Shown one piece after another: positions 1 to 17,950 of a DNA stretch of 64,000 nucleotides; positions within the stretch are counted from its first letter, which is position 1; every line of letters starts with the position of its first letter. The notes under the pieces were generated by a model. The model was not told the DNA's origin, ran no database searches, and saw only the letters and a program-made list of their open reading frames with translations. This DNA is from Blastocystis sp. Blastoise. Taxonomy: Eukaryota > Protista > Bigyra: Opalinata. Made by a program: the position numbers and the translations under genes. Where the stretch lies: positions 744,001 through 808,000 of the forward strand of contig JBBPEB010000009.1 of assembly GCA_039096225.1 (NCBI GenBank), given 5' to 3'.

Positions 1-2554
1 AGTAATCAATTTGATATAACTGTATCTACCTATGCTGGTATAATTATATATATAAATGGTCATGAAATAAGAAGAATAAATATGAATGACGATAATAATA
101 TAAAATATAATACATTAGCTACTGCTGGTTATACTGAATATAAATCATTTAGATCTAAAATTAGCCACTATATAGATCCAAGTATACGTCTTATAGGTGA
201 TAATATTATTGCTATCGAAATACATAAATATAATAATGTTATTCAACCAAGGAATGGACTTTCAATAGTAATTAACCTTATTAATAAAAACAGTGTACCA
301 ATAACAGCTTCATGGTCTGTAAACGGTGATGTAGATCCTAAATATCCATTAAGTAATCTATATGATGGTGATTATAAGACATACACAAAAGTACTTAATA
401 AATGTTCAAATACTATATTTACGTATACATATAATAATGAAACATGTGTAGATGTAAATCAGTTTCTTCTATATTATAAGCATGATATGAGCATATCCTA
501 TAGTCCTGAATCTATTGTAATAGAAGCAACATATAATAATGGAGTACAATGGAATGAACTATATTCAATAGATGGAATGATGATGAACAATTATTATTCT
601 GGAGATATTTATTTAGATAAATGTTATAATTCATATCGTGTAAGAATTACAAAATGTGGAACAGATCCAGATATATCTGAAAGTGAAAGTGAAAGTATGA
701 CTATTTTGAATGAACTAAAATATTCTAGTAACACTCTTCTTACTTGTTTAAGAAAAAACTGGTCTGTATCAAGACATAACAAATATTCTTATAAAATTTG
801 TCCTAAAGGATATACTAGTAATGCAAGAGTTTTATGTTTAAACTATAGATTTACAACTTTAGAAGGTGACTCATCCTGTATAAAAATTAATCCTTCTAAA
901 TTATATTTTGAAGAAACAAATGCTATTATTAAAAAGAATGATTTCTATGAACAATATTATAGTATAGATGCTGTTGATACTGTTATTACAAGTACTCCTT
1001 CTCTTCCTGAAGGCATTATGATAGATTCTGTAACTCAAAGAATTTATGGTACTCCTACTAGTGTATCTCCTAGAACTACTTATACTCTCTCTTATACAAA
1101 TGATGAAGGCACTATTGTTGACTTATCTCAAATCTCTATGATAGTTATAGGTTTACCATGTTTAGCTGATAATAATTGGCCACAAACTAATCCTGATTCT
1201 ACTATTTCTCTTTCTTGTCCTCAATATTATGAAGGTAATATATATAGATTATGTAGTTATAAAGGTGAATGGGAAGAAGCTAATACTAATGAATGCATAT
1301 TTAGTGGTTCTACTCCTTGTACTGGTACTACTTATTATAATGGTAATGAATGTGAAGAATGTATAAATGGTATTATTACGTCATTTAAAGGTAATAATAT
1401 ACAATGTACTCTTTGTAATGATAATGAATTCGTATATAATAATCAATGTGTCGATAATGATGCTACTTGTCCTGCTGGTACTATTGATTCCTATTTATAT
1501 CCTGAAACTAATATATTGAAGAATGGTATCGTTAATTGTACTAGTGAAAATCAATACGGTTATTATAAAGTATATTGTGATTACATATCTGAACCCACTT
1601 GGTCTAATGATATTCATAAAGATCGTTGTTGTATGTTTTATTATTGTTATAATTATTATGTTAATATTTATTATTTTCTATAGATCCTCGACCTGTTTCT
1701 ATTCCTGGAAAAGCTTTAGAATCATTAGATTATTCTATGAACTTAAAGACAACTATTGATGATATTTATTCTTTATTAGTATCTTTAGCAAGAACATTTG
1801 TAAATACTTATTCATATCAACTTACCGATCTTCTTCTTATTACAGATTATATAACTGGTGATAATGTATATTATTTTTTATTATTTTTATATTATATTAT
1901 ATATAGGCTACTCATACTCTTCTTCATGCATATTATGGTTCAAATAGAGATTTCTATTCTTCTTCTTATTCTTCTAAAAGACAAATATTTCTGAATACTA
2001 TTACTAACTATACAAATACTCCATTCAATTCTTCTTCTGTTCTTCTTTATAATCATACCACTTTATCTAATACTAATGAATACTGTCAACTTCCAAATCA
2101 AGATGTAACTATTCCACTAAATTATTATTATATGATTTCTGAAGAAATAGAAAACAAAAAGGAATTATATACAACATATTTCTGTAAACAAGAACAATTA
2201 AATTATATTCTAATTCCTGCTAGATTTACTGAAATAGGTATAAATAATTTGAATTTAGTATTAGAATTCAAAGATTTCCCAAATATTTGGATTCAACCTG
2301 ATATATTTATATCTATCTATAGATCTATTTTAATATCTAGCAAAGTTCCTATTTCTCAATTAAGAAATACTATTTTAGTTTCAAATCCTGAAAAACTTAT
2401 TGTTTATTATTCACTTAATATACCTAATGAAGTATTAATTGAAAGTGCTACTGTTTCCAATTATTTTAATGAAGAAGTATTAAATAATCAATTAAAGAAG
2501 AATATTCCTTTTAGTTATACTTCTATTGAATTTGTGTTATCAGCATCAAATTAA
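1..2554 (+). CDS. 5'-truncated modular Cys-rich secreted/surface protein (galactose-binding-like, F5/8C-like, putative Ig He_PIG-like, HormR-like Cys domain); exons 1-1630, 1684-1865, 1907-2554
   Basis: Frame 1 is open from base 1. GT-AG introns 1631-1683 and 1866-1906 join ORFs 82, 1737 and 2132 in frame. Motifs: GIIIYINGHEIRRINM, GDNIIAIEIH, TPSLPEGIMIDSVTQRIYGTPT, CxxxxxWPQT...CPQYYEGNIYRLC...GEW. Confidence 0.8.
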
Positions 2555-4637
2555 TACTAGTGTTGCTAGTATGTATTGTCATCTTTAAATATATATATAT
2601 ATATTTAAATTATACTATTTACACAATTATATTATTCTATTTATATATATTTTTATACTATATTTCTATGCATAAATTATTATATGTTTTTATTATTATT
2701 ATTATTAATATATATATATATATTTGTGTATTATACATATTTTTTATATAATGCACTTATTTTTTCTATTTAAAGATTATAAATACTTTTCAATACATAT
2801 ACACTCTTTTATTTATACTTAGAAGTATATATATATCTTCTATACATATTTCATTCTCTTTCATAAAATATATTCTTATGAAATAAAGATTTTATTACAT
2901 TATTATTTTTATTAAATTTTCATGATATTATTATTTTTATTTATATTTTGTGACTATATGTATATATTAACTTTTGTATTATATATATGTTTTCTTCAAA
3001 TCATTATCTATTATTATTATGTATTATTTATATACATATAGAAACACTTTAGAATTAATAATATTATTATTATAATATAATTTTTTATTATTCCCCAAAT
3101 ACTATAGATATATCATGTTTTTTATTTCTTGATATATTTTCTCTTATTACTCAAAAACATAATTCTATCAAGTTTTGTTATTCATAGAATTCTTGATATT
3201 GATACTTAACCTTATATTTCTTTTCTTTTTTAATATATATATCTATCCATTTTTTATAGTTATCTATCTATTTTTATTGTTCGAGATTCAACTCTACTAT
3301 TTTGTTTTGTTTGTTTAGATATATCATATTATGATAGTTATATCTTATGAATAATTAAAATGAAAGTAATAAATAAATTTAATTGTGTTTTTAAAAGATT
3401 ATGCAAAATATTTTACACTAGTTTCAAGAATAATTCTTTTTAAAGCTAAAATATTATTGTTAAAGAAAGTGTGGTTTGTTTCTTTTATTATTTATTGTTT
3501 ATTTATAGCTTTTATTATACAGATATAGATAGTAATTAATCTATTTTATTATATTGTAAAGTTAAAAAGAATATATATAAAAAGTGATAGTATTAATAGG
3601 CTATTTATATATTTTATTAATTATCCATATATATTGTATTTATCATAGAGTTCATAAAATAATATTTTATTAAATACAACATAAATATACATTTAAAAAT
3701 ACAAATAACATAATTTTCTTCTTTTAATGATAATATACTTGAAGGAAAGAGCCATATAAGTAGATATATAAAAATAAAATAAATATAAAATCTGAATATC
3801 TGTATAATAATATCAAAAGAAATACATTTACTAATACATGTATTAACAACATAAACAATATCTATATCTCTATATGTATTTCATTTAATATAAGGATTCA
3901 AGTGTAGATAACACTAATTAAAGAGTTTAATTTAGATAAAAATATAGTAGATAACTTTTAATATAATAATTAGATTTGTTGAAGAAAGTAGATATTTTAA
4001 ATGTGATTTTCTATTAAAATATACGAATGATGCACCTTTGATAATCATTTCATATATAGAACTATGTTTCACATTTTAATAGATATCTAAATAATATTTT
4101 AAGACAAATATTATTCATTTGTATTAATTTGAATTTTAAAAAATATAGTATTTGAAAGAAAAGCTAATGATCTAATAACAGTAACATTTTTCTAATTAAT
4201 TCCAATAATCTATACAAAGAATATACTCCATTTCAACATTTTGATTGACATAATTACAATTATTTTTCATTCTATTGAAAATAAATACATTCGAGGCCAT
4301 GGTAAGAACATAAATAGAATCTCATTTTAAGTGAATATAGATTATTTACCTTGAAAAAACGAATAATGTGATCTTTCTGAAGTCTTCATGAATCTCAAAT
4401 AAGTTTATCTGAAAATGACTGAATAAAAACCATGGAAACTCTTATCTTATCGAGTCATTTTTTAACTTTTCATGAATACTACCTTTTTAAAAACCTAGTT
4501 TTTTTCCTTTTTTAGAATTCATTCATTTATTATTTATTATAACAATTCTGAAAGTATTTATTTGTTACTTATATAAAGATATATCTTTTAAGAATAACAA
4601 CATATTATCCTTCTCTAATTATAGTTGAATTCAAGTA

Positions 4638-8695
<4,058 letters not shown>

Positions 8696-10243
8696 TTCTC
8701 TTGTATATACCATTATTTATATCTTTTATTATTTATTTATTTTTACTTTTTTTCATGTTTTTTCATGTTTTTTTTTAGTAATGTTATAAAGTATATATAT
8801 AAATATATATTAGTATATCGTTCTTGTTTTATTTCAAAATAAGAAAATACTAGTGATTTAAAAGAATATACATTTTAGTAACATATATAAATGATATATA
8901 TATTATAATATATAGTATATATCATGAATTTTATGTTGTATTCATGATATATTAACTTGAAAAATATTTCTACAGAATTGTCATTATTACAATGATATCT
9001 TCAAGTATATTAACAATGTTTTTAACATTAGTTTTATAGAATAGATTAGTTAATGACTTTCTTGATAAACAATTTAATTAATATAATAAGATTAAAAATC
9101 ATTTGTTAATTATTTTGCTTTTATTACTATTTTTGTAAAACGTTTTTTATATTTAATAAAATATTTTTTCAACATGTGTTCTAAAGAACTTAAAAACATA
9201 TTATTTACTGAAACATATTTTTCATTTTCAGTATATATAATAGTTTATAATGAAGTATTAATATAAATATAATTAAATAAAAATACTAATGAATGTAAGC
9301 ATACTAATACTATTCTATTTTGACAAGAAATATATTTTATTAAAAATACAAGGAGAATAAAAAAATATTTCTTGATTTTACTCTTATTAAAATATATATA
9401 TATTAAATAATTTTTAAATATAGACTATTATTTGAGAATTACGGATAATTATAGGTAAAATAAAATTATATTTAGTTATATGCATCTATTGATATATAAG
9501 TGACATTTATAAACTTATACATTTCTATTACCAATAATATATTATTGAATAAAATATCACAAAATAGCTGCTATTCATCATATATATAGATAATATAGTA
9601 TATACTATAATTATGAGCATGATTTTGAGATATTAATAAATTATTGTATAAAATAATAAAAAATAGAAATGGAAGAGTAAGAAAAGGAGACTGAAAAAAA
9701 GGAGAGATAATTGTATCAATAGCTATACAAGAGATACTATTAGAGGATTAGAAACATATTATATAAATATGATATAAAAATAAATAATAATCTATTAAAT
9801 TCAGTCCGAAATCAGGAATGATTACAAGAAAATATAGTTATTCATTTCTAGATAATAATAATTAGTATATATAAATATGTGTATATCAAATAAATAAAAA
9901 TAAAAATTCATATATTTAAAATAAGAGATTTATTAATCAAAATGAAAAATAATCAAGAGATATATACTAATTCAGCATGCCACTCTGTCTTCAGCATCAT
10001 CTATATTTCTAACTAATACTCAATTATTTATTTCAAGTAATCAATGAAGTAAAGATCCATAATGAAGTTTTTATTTTAAGAAACTAATAGCATATTTTTG
10101 TAGATCATATGGAATATTAATATAATATTAATTATTATGTATGAATAATAATAGAATAACGAAAAAATAAAAGAAATAAATTAAAATAATTTAAAATAAA
10201 CAGGGGAAACAACTATTTGTATTTAATTAGCATTATTTCATTA

Positions 10244-11824
10244 ATGGTGAAAGAAAAGGTGTTATTTGATGTTGATAAATTCAATAGATTGAAGGAGGAT
10301 ATCAATATATATGAAGAATTGATAAAAGATGTAGTTAATGTATTTGGATCAGTAATGAATCTTGGTATACATTCAGGAGTATCGATTAATAGACTTATAA
10401 AACATATTGGAGATGATTGTATTGAAAAGGAAGGTGAAAGAAATGAATTTGAAAAGAAATCTTTTTATGAAAGTAGGAATAATGGAGATATGAATGTCAA
10501 TATGGATGATAATAATGATAATGATATGGATTTGATACGATTTACGAATAATGGCCCTATATTTCAAATATCGAAATCTGTTTTAGATACTTTAAAGGGT
10601 TCTTTTATTGAAGATCAGCGTGATGAAGAATGTAGAACAAATGATGGAACTATCTTTCTTTGTTATGAAGGTCAAGATGCTTTTGTTTATATTTAATAGA
10701 TTATTTGAATGGAAAGAAAGTAGATTTTAATTCTTTTTCTTATGAAGAACAATTAGAAATATTGAATTTATTTGAATTTTGTGGTTTAGTGATTCCTTTA
10801 GAATTAATAGATTGTAGAGAAAGAAGAGATACTAAAAAGAAACAGTATAAGAACGAAGATGAAGTTTCTTTGATTATAAATGGAAATAAGAATGATATTA
10901 TTAAAGAATATTTAGTAAAGAATGGATTAAGCAATAATTATTTTAAGAATTATAATAATGGATATATTGATTATGATTTGAATAATTCTATTTTATATAT
11001 GAATAAGAAATATGAATATAGTACATATATAAATGAATACATGAAAAACGGAACTATAGATATAGAAGAAGATAAGATTAATGATATTAATAAAGAATTA
11101 TTCGAGAAAGAAATGATTGAATTATTTGGTGATAAAGGAAGAGAAGCATTTAAAGAAGCAATGATTTCATTTAAATATTTTAAAGGTACAAAAATACTTA
11201 TAAATAAAGTAATGAAGACTCCCTTAATGAATTGGCTAGGTAAAGAAAAGAAATGGAAATTATTATTTAGGTATTTATATTTTATTATATTATTATATTT
11301 ATATGTATAGAGCAAGTGAGCATAATTATTCAAATGACGAATTCCATAAATATTGTGATAATAAAGGAGAAACAGTAACTATAATCAAACATATAGGTCA
11401 TAATAATCATATTAATATATTTGGAGGATATACAGATCAAAGTTGGGATAGTTCAAGTGGTATATTTATTTATTTTATATAATTATTCAATATCATATAT
11501 ATAGATTTTAAACCTTATTCTAAAGAATTTATATTTACATTAAGTAATGAACATGATGTTTCTCCTACTAAATATGGTTATACTGATAGTGATAGAAGAT
11601 TTAGTATATGTTGTTCTTCTTCTTATGGTCCAACATTTGGTGGTCATGATATCTATATATCTACTCAATGCCATAGTAATACTAATTCATTTTGTAGTGC
11701 ACATTCTTATTCTGAAGTGAATACTCCTCAAAAAAAATCATTATTTGTGAATACTAATAATGCTAATTCTAGAAATAAATTTACAGTAGAAGATTATGAA
11801 GTCTGGGGAAGAGTTAATACTTAA
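10244..11824 (+). pseudogene. Family B paralog B1: BTB-like x2 plus TLDc protein, with a 1-nt frameshift near 10691 (pseudogene, recoding or assembly error)
   Basis: TLDc motifs KWKLLFRASEH, FHKYCDNKGETVT, NIFGGYT, GPTFGG, EDYEVW. ORFs 10217 and 10705 are offset by 1 nt relative to paralog B3. Confidence 0.7.
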
Positions 11825-12170
11825 ATAGTTGCGTAGATATATTTACAACTCACTTTTTTATGTACATTCATTTATCTATATTCTTTATTTTATATTTTTT
11901 ATAATATTTATATATATATTTTTTAATCATCATATATTATATAATATAATCTATTAATGAATTTTTTAAATTTATTTTATTGAATAGTTTAGAGTGAATA
12001 AAAATTTAAAACTACAAAATAACATTTCTACAAAAAAATTTTATAAATAATTGTATATATAATATTTTATAAACAACAAATATAAATACAATAAATTTCT
12101 TTACAAAACATCCATTAACAACTTAATAAACCCATAAAAAGCATACATATATATAAATATTATTTATAAT

Positions 12171-14460
12171 TTAATAATCATCATCTTGTAAACGACATTG
12201 AATAATTTCACAATAAAATAAATGAGTGTCATTATAAGATTGTAATAATGTCACTTCTTCATTGAAATCAAATGATGCTATATATATTATAAATTATATA
12301 TTAAAAAAATACAGCATAAATATATTTTGATTTTCTTCAAGAATGGAAATGTATCTTTTACTACTAACTGTACAATAATTGTGAATACTGACCTATTTGA
12401 GATAACTAAAAAAATAAATATATATTACAAACATATATATAAATCATAATAAAAATACATATTTCTAAGTATTGAATATTCTTTGAATACTTTGAGTTTA
12501 ATTGATTATATATATAGTTTTCATAGGATTGAATGGAGTTACCAAAACAACAAATATCTTTACACATAATAATAGAAGTAATTGGTTTATGTAAATAGAA
12601 TGAAAAGGATGGAAATGACTCAAGTAGATGAATATCAATAGTGTTATCACCAACTATAGAATAGGAAAATCATGATGAATTCTATTTATTATTATTTTTG
12701 TATAACTTATTAATCTATATAAAATAATAATAAAGTGAAAAAAATGTTAAATAAGTATATAAATAAGTTTATTAATTCAATTAGAATATATATACACATT
12801 GGTTTAATTGATATTTTGAACGTATTAAGATTCTGAAAAGAAAAAGAAGAAGCATTTTTGAATGAATCAATAAATGTATATATATGAGTCATATCAAACG
12901 AAATAGAACCTAAATAGTATTTTATATAATAATAGAATATATAGTTAATTAATTGAAACATTTAAATACATATATATAGTTTAGTATATAATTATTAGAT
13001 TTAATAATTAAAAACAAGAGTAATATAAATATAGATATAAAATTGATTAATAATACACTATAATACTCTAGTATAAAATAGAATATAGTATATATACAAG
13101 GACATAGAATAGATACTATTTTCAAGTTATTTAATTGTCTTTTATCAAGTTCATTAAATAGAGTAAGACTTAAACTCTCTATAGTATCATCTATATATAT
13201 ACACAGTAATGATAGAATAAATATTCATATATATTTTATACTAAAATAAAGATATAATTCTTGTAAATTAGACCATAAAGGAAGTTGTATAGTATCCTTT
13301 GAAAATAATAAATATTTTGCTAGAATAGAATCTATATATGTAAATTATATTTAATATTAAAATAAGAATAAAAATAGTATTTATACATGAAATATATATA
13401 TATATTGAATATTATTTGTAAATAATGAAAAGAATTTATAAAAAATATCATTAGTTTCCTTTGTATGTTGTAAATTAGGTGTTTCAAATGATGAAAAATA
13501 AGATTGATGTTTATCTATATATATAATCAATATTCATTGTTTATAATTTTAATATATATACCTATTGTTAATTTATTCACAGTAGTATAATTACATGTTG
13601 ATAAGAATGACAAATATTCATTATAATACTCATTTATTTTTTCATCTATAATATCAATTACTATATATATATATATATATAAAGAAAAGAATAATAAATG
13701 ATTACAGTGAATAGATATTGCTTCTAAATGATCACAATTGATTCGTTCATATATACATTCCATCCTGTGTAATATAGTATAATCTGTAACATTAGCTTCT
13801 ATGTATATTAATTTAAATAATATAGTTTTAATATTTAATATTTTATTATATATAGTATTTCAATAAAATATTATTTTAATATAAATAATATATATAAAAT
13901 AAACATATACCGATATCAATGAATTTAGCAGGATATAAGTTCAAATCAATAAGTGAATAATCACTGAGACTTTTAGATATATCATCAACTATATAAATAA
14001 ATAATATAGAATAATTTTATATATATAACAATATACAATCAAAATAAACATCATAATCAATTAATAATCCTGAATATAATACTATTTTCATTAATTCATC
14101 AAATTTATCAATTAATATATATGCTAAATATTATAAATACTATTTACAATTATAATCATATATATATACATTGAATAGTAATATCATGATGTTTCTTCAC
14201 TTGAAAAATAGTTTCTAATGATTCTACATTTATAGGAAATGTATTCTTATATAAGTTTGAATGCTTTATATATAGTATATCTATTAATTCTAATAGTGAA
14301 TAGGGTACTAAATATCTAGCGAATTGGGATTGAATATCGTACGGACAACAACAATAATATTTACTAAGATCATATATAGATAACTTTGGGAAATGAGTTC
14401 TTGTAAAGAAATTAAGTAATTCAACTTGAAATTCTATATCACATTGATCTGTATGATCAC
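12171..14460 (-). pseudogene. Family C fragment C1: 5'-truncated, frameshifted LRR-like gene related to C2
   Basis: Exons align with C2 (TRTHF/KLSIYDLS vs TRNHFPKLHIYDIS; TCNYTTVNKLTI). Frameshift near 14390, and no BTB-encoding 5' exons before the 3' end of B2. Confidence 0.5.
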
Positions 14461-14835
14461 CTATATATATAACATATTTAAATAGATTAGAATGTATTTA
14501 TGTTTATTATTATCATAGAATTCTTATCCTACATATATTTTATTGATTTTATTCTTATGATTTATATCTTACTTTTTTTTATGTATCTATAAAATAAATA
14601 TATTTATAATAGTATTTTTAATAAAGAATTATTCATTTATTCTTGAAAGTATTATATACTAATTATTATTAATCAACTTTTAATAGTATAAATACAGTTA
14701 GAAAACAATTAACATAACTATTTTTTATATTTTTTTTAATTTAATATATATAAGAAAAAACTTGTCAATAAAGAAAATAAAACAATATATATAAAAAGGC
14801 TTAATAAAAAAGAAATCATAATTTATTATAATATA

Positions 14836-16425
14836 TTATATTCTTTCCCATACTTCATAATCTTCTACTGTAAAATAATTATTAGAATTAGCATCACTTG
14901 TATTTACAAATAATGATGATTTTTGAGGAGTATTTACTTCAGAATAAGAAGATGCATAGCAATAAGAATTATTATTATTATGACAATCATTAGATATATA
15001 GATATCACAGACATGTTTAAACATTGAACCATATCCAAATGTTGGACCAGAAGAAGAAAGACAACGTATACCAAATTTTTTATTGTAGTCAGTATAATCA
15101 TATTTTGTAGGAGGAATACCATGTTCATTACTTAATGTAAATAGAAATTCTTTTGAATAAGATTTATAACCTATATAAATTATATTGAATAATTATATAA
15201 AATAAATAAATATACTTCCAGAACCAGATTCCCAATTTTGATTTGTATATCCTCCAAATATATTAATATGATTATTTTTACCTATATGTTTTATTATAGT
15301 AACTGTTTCTCCTTTATTATCACAATATTTATGGAATTCACTTGCTTTATATTCATGTTCACTTGCTCTATATATATAAGAATAAGAAAACATAATATAT
15401 ATACCTAAATAATAATTTCCATTTCTTTTCTGTACCAAGCCAATTCACTAAAGAGACTTCAGTAGTTTGATCTACTATATATGAATGTGGAAATGAAACA
15501 TTAATATTCCATCCATTCTTTACACTATTTCTTCCTGTATCACCAAATAAACCATACATTTCATTCTCTAATAATTCTCTATTTATAGTCTTAGTTTCTT
15601 CTTCAGAAATGTAAATATGATAAGTCTTTATATATTCATAAATATGATCAATATATTTATAATTCATCTTCATATACATTTCATTCTTCTTTTCATCATA
15701 ATCAACATATCCATCACCATATTCATTTACTATATTATTCCATAATCCATTCTTCTTCCAATAATCTCTTAATATATCATCTTTCTGATCATTTATATAA
15801 AGAATAACATCATCACCTTCTTTATATTCTTTCATATTTTGATCTCTTTGATAATAAGTTTTCATTAATTCTTCAGGAATAGGTAATTCACAATATTCAA
15901 ACATTCTTAATAAATCAATTTGATCACCTAATTTCAATTTATCAATATTCACTTTCTTATTCATTAAAGAATCAATCAATAAAGGAAAAAGTGTTTCATC
16001 TCCATTATAATCTATATAATATCACCATAAATAGTTCTTTTTCCTTCTTGAGAATTTTCATAGATAAAACTACCTACTAAACTATTTGTTATTCTTTTAG
16101 GAAGAGAATAAACTAAGCCATTATTAGTGAATCGAATAAAATCAATTCCATTATCATTATTATTCACATTAATATTGTTTTCATAAATATATGAAGATTC
16201 TTGGATAATTATATGTGGATCATCACCATTCTTATCATTCATTCCTTCATAATTTCTTACTGACTGTTTTACTAATTCATTTATAGACTCACCTGAATGA
16301 ATACAGAAACTTATTGACTTACTTAAAATACCAATCAAATCACCAATCAGTCTTTCAAAATGAATTACATCCTTCTGAATATCAACCATCTTACTACCAT
16401 CAAATTCTACCTTCTCTTTCACCAT
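14836..16425 (-). pseudogene. Family B paralog B2: BTB-like x2 plus TLDc protein, with a 1-nt frameshift near 16018
   Basis: MVKEKV start as in B1, and TLDc motifs present. GDI/YIDYNGD is broken by a missing T (ORFs 16012..16425 and 15368..15979). Confidence 0.7.
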
Positions 16426-17950
16426 TTTTTATCATATAAGAAATAAAATAAGTAAAAATAGTTTAAATAGTAAAGAATTTTGTTATTTCGATGAAATTCT
16501 TTTATTGCTATATTATTCGCTTATTATTCACATTTAATTGTCACTATTATTTCAAATGCTTACTAATGAACATTATCTATAAAGATATAATATAAATTTC
16601 TTAAAATAAATTATTTATTGTGGATCTTCATTTCATTGATTACTTCAAATAGTTTATTTTATGTTTATTTTAAATATAGAAGGTTTTGTAAGTATAGTGT
16701 AGTTCTTATTTTTGTTATATCACATACTTTTCTTAAATTTTGATTTATAATCTTCTTATTTTAGTCTATATACATATTCACTTTTATTTTCACGATATTT
16801 ATAAGTTCATATTTGATAATTATCATTTCTATTGAATATAATTATTATGTTTTTTTTTTTCATTATTCCTTTTTTTATACTATATTTAATAAATTATTTA
16901 GTATTTATATATTATATTTACTATATATATCTCTATTCATCGAATAGTATCTTTTCTATAGTCTCTTAATACAACTATGTCTCCTTTGTTTTCTATTTCC
17001 TTTATACTCTTCCACTTCTATTTCTCAATATTTAATTTGTTATATTTCATATAATAGTTTATCAAGATATTTTTTACTAATCATAATAACTTATAATATA
17101 TTATATATGAATAACAACTGTTTTTTAATGTATATAAAGGTATAATATTTCTTTTTAGTGTATATTATTTATGTGTCATTAGTAGAATAATAAATATTAT
17201 ATATAAATAATTAAGAAATTTTTTATTATATATATTTTATAATTCTTAATGAATAATTAATTTATAGAATTATTTATTGTGAAATAATATTTAAATAATA
17301 AAGCCATGAATGTTTCAAATAAACACTTGTTATCAACATTTATAATTCGTTAAATAAAATGTCTTTATTATTATTCTTAATTAATTATAAATAAAACTAT
17401 TCTATATCATAAACGCGAAAAATACATTAAATAATTTATAACCCTTTATATATCGCATATCTATTTTTGATACTTATTGTGAAACTATTTAATAAATAAT
17501 TTTTTTTTTATATAATGAAACCATAATGTTATAAAAAGTGATAAAAAATTTATTAGTTATTTTAATATTTTAAGACAAATAGGTTCTATGAAAACTATTA
17601 TTTTCAGTTATTTTATAAAAAATTTATGTTATTAAATAATTATATTATCTATATTCAGAATATCATTGTCAGAACAATAATCCTATAGGAATAATATTCT
17701 ATTTATTTTTAACTGAATAATAAAAAAAGTATAATAATAAATTCATAATAATCACAAAAAATACTTTATTATATATATATTGTATAATTGTTACCATTAT
17801 TTACGTTATATTTAGTCACGACTTTCTTAAAAAACAAAAAAAAATATATTTATATAAAGAATTAATAAAAGCATTAATAATAAATAAAAAGATATAATTA
17901 AATATAACAATATAAAGAATAAATATATATATAGAAAGGAATCCATATAC

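Noticed and set aside
2552-2620. Out-of-frame hydrophobic tail (ILVLLVCIVIF) after the first gene's stop as a hidden GPI/TM anchor
   Set aside because: It needs an unsupported frameshift, and T-rich 3' DNA yields hydrophobic translations by chance.
3300-3320. TGTTTGTT motif linked to polyadenylation-created stop codons in Blastocystis
   Set aside because: It is not at a gene end, and all genes modelled here have genomic stop codons.
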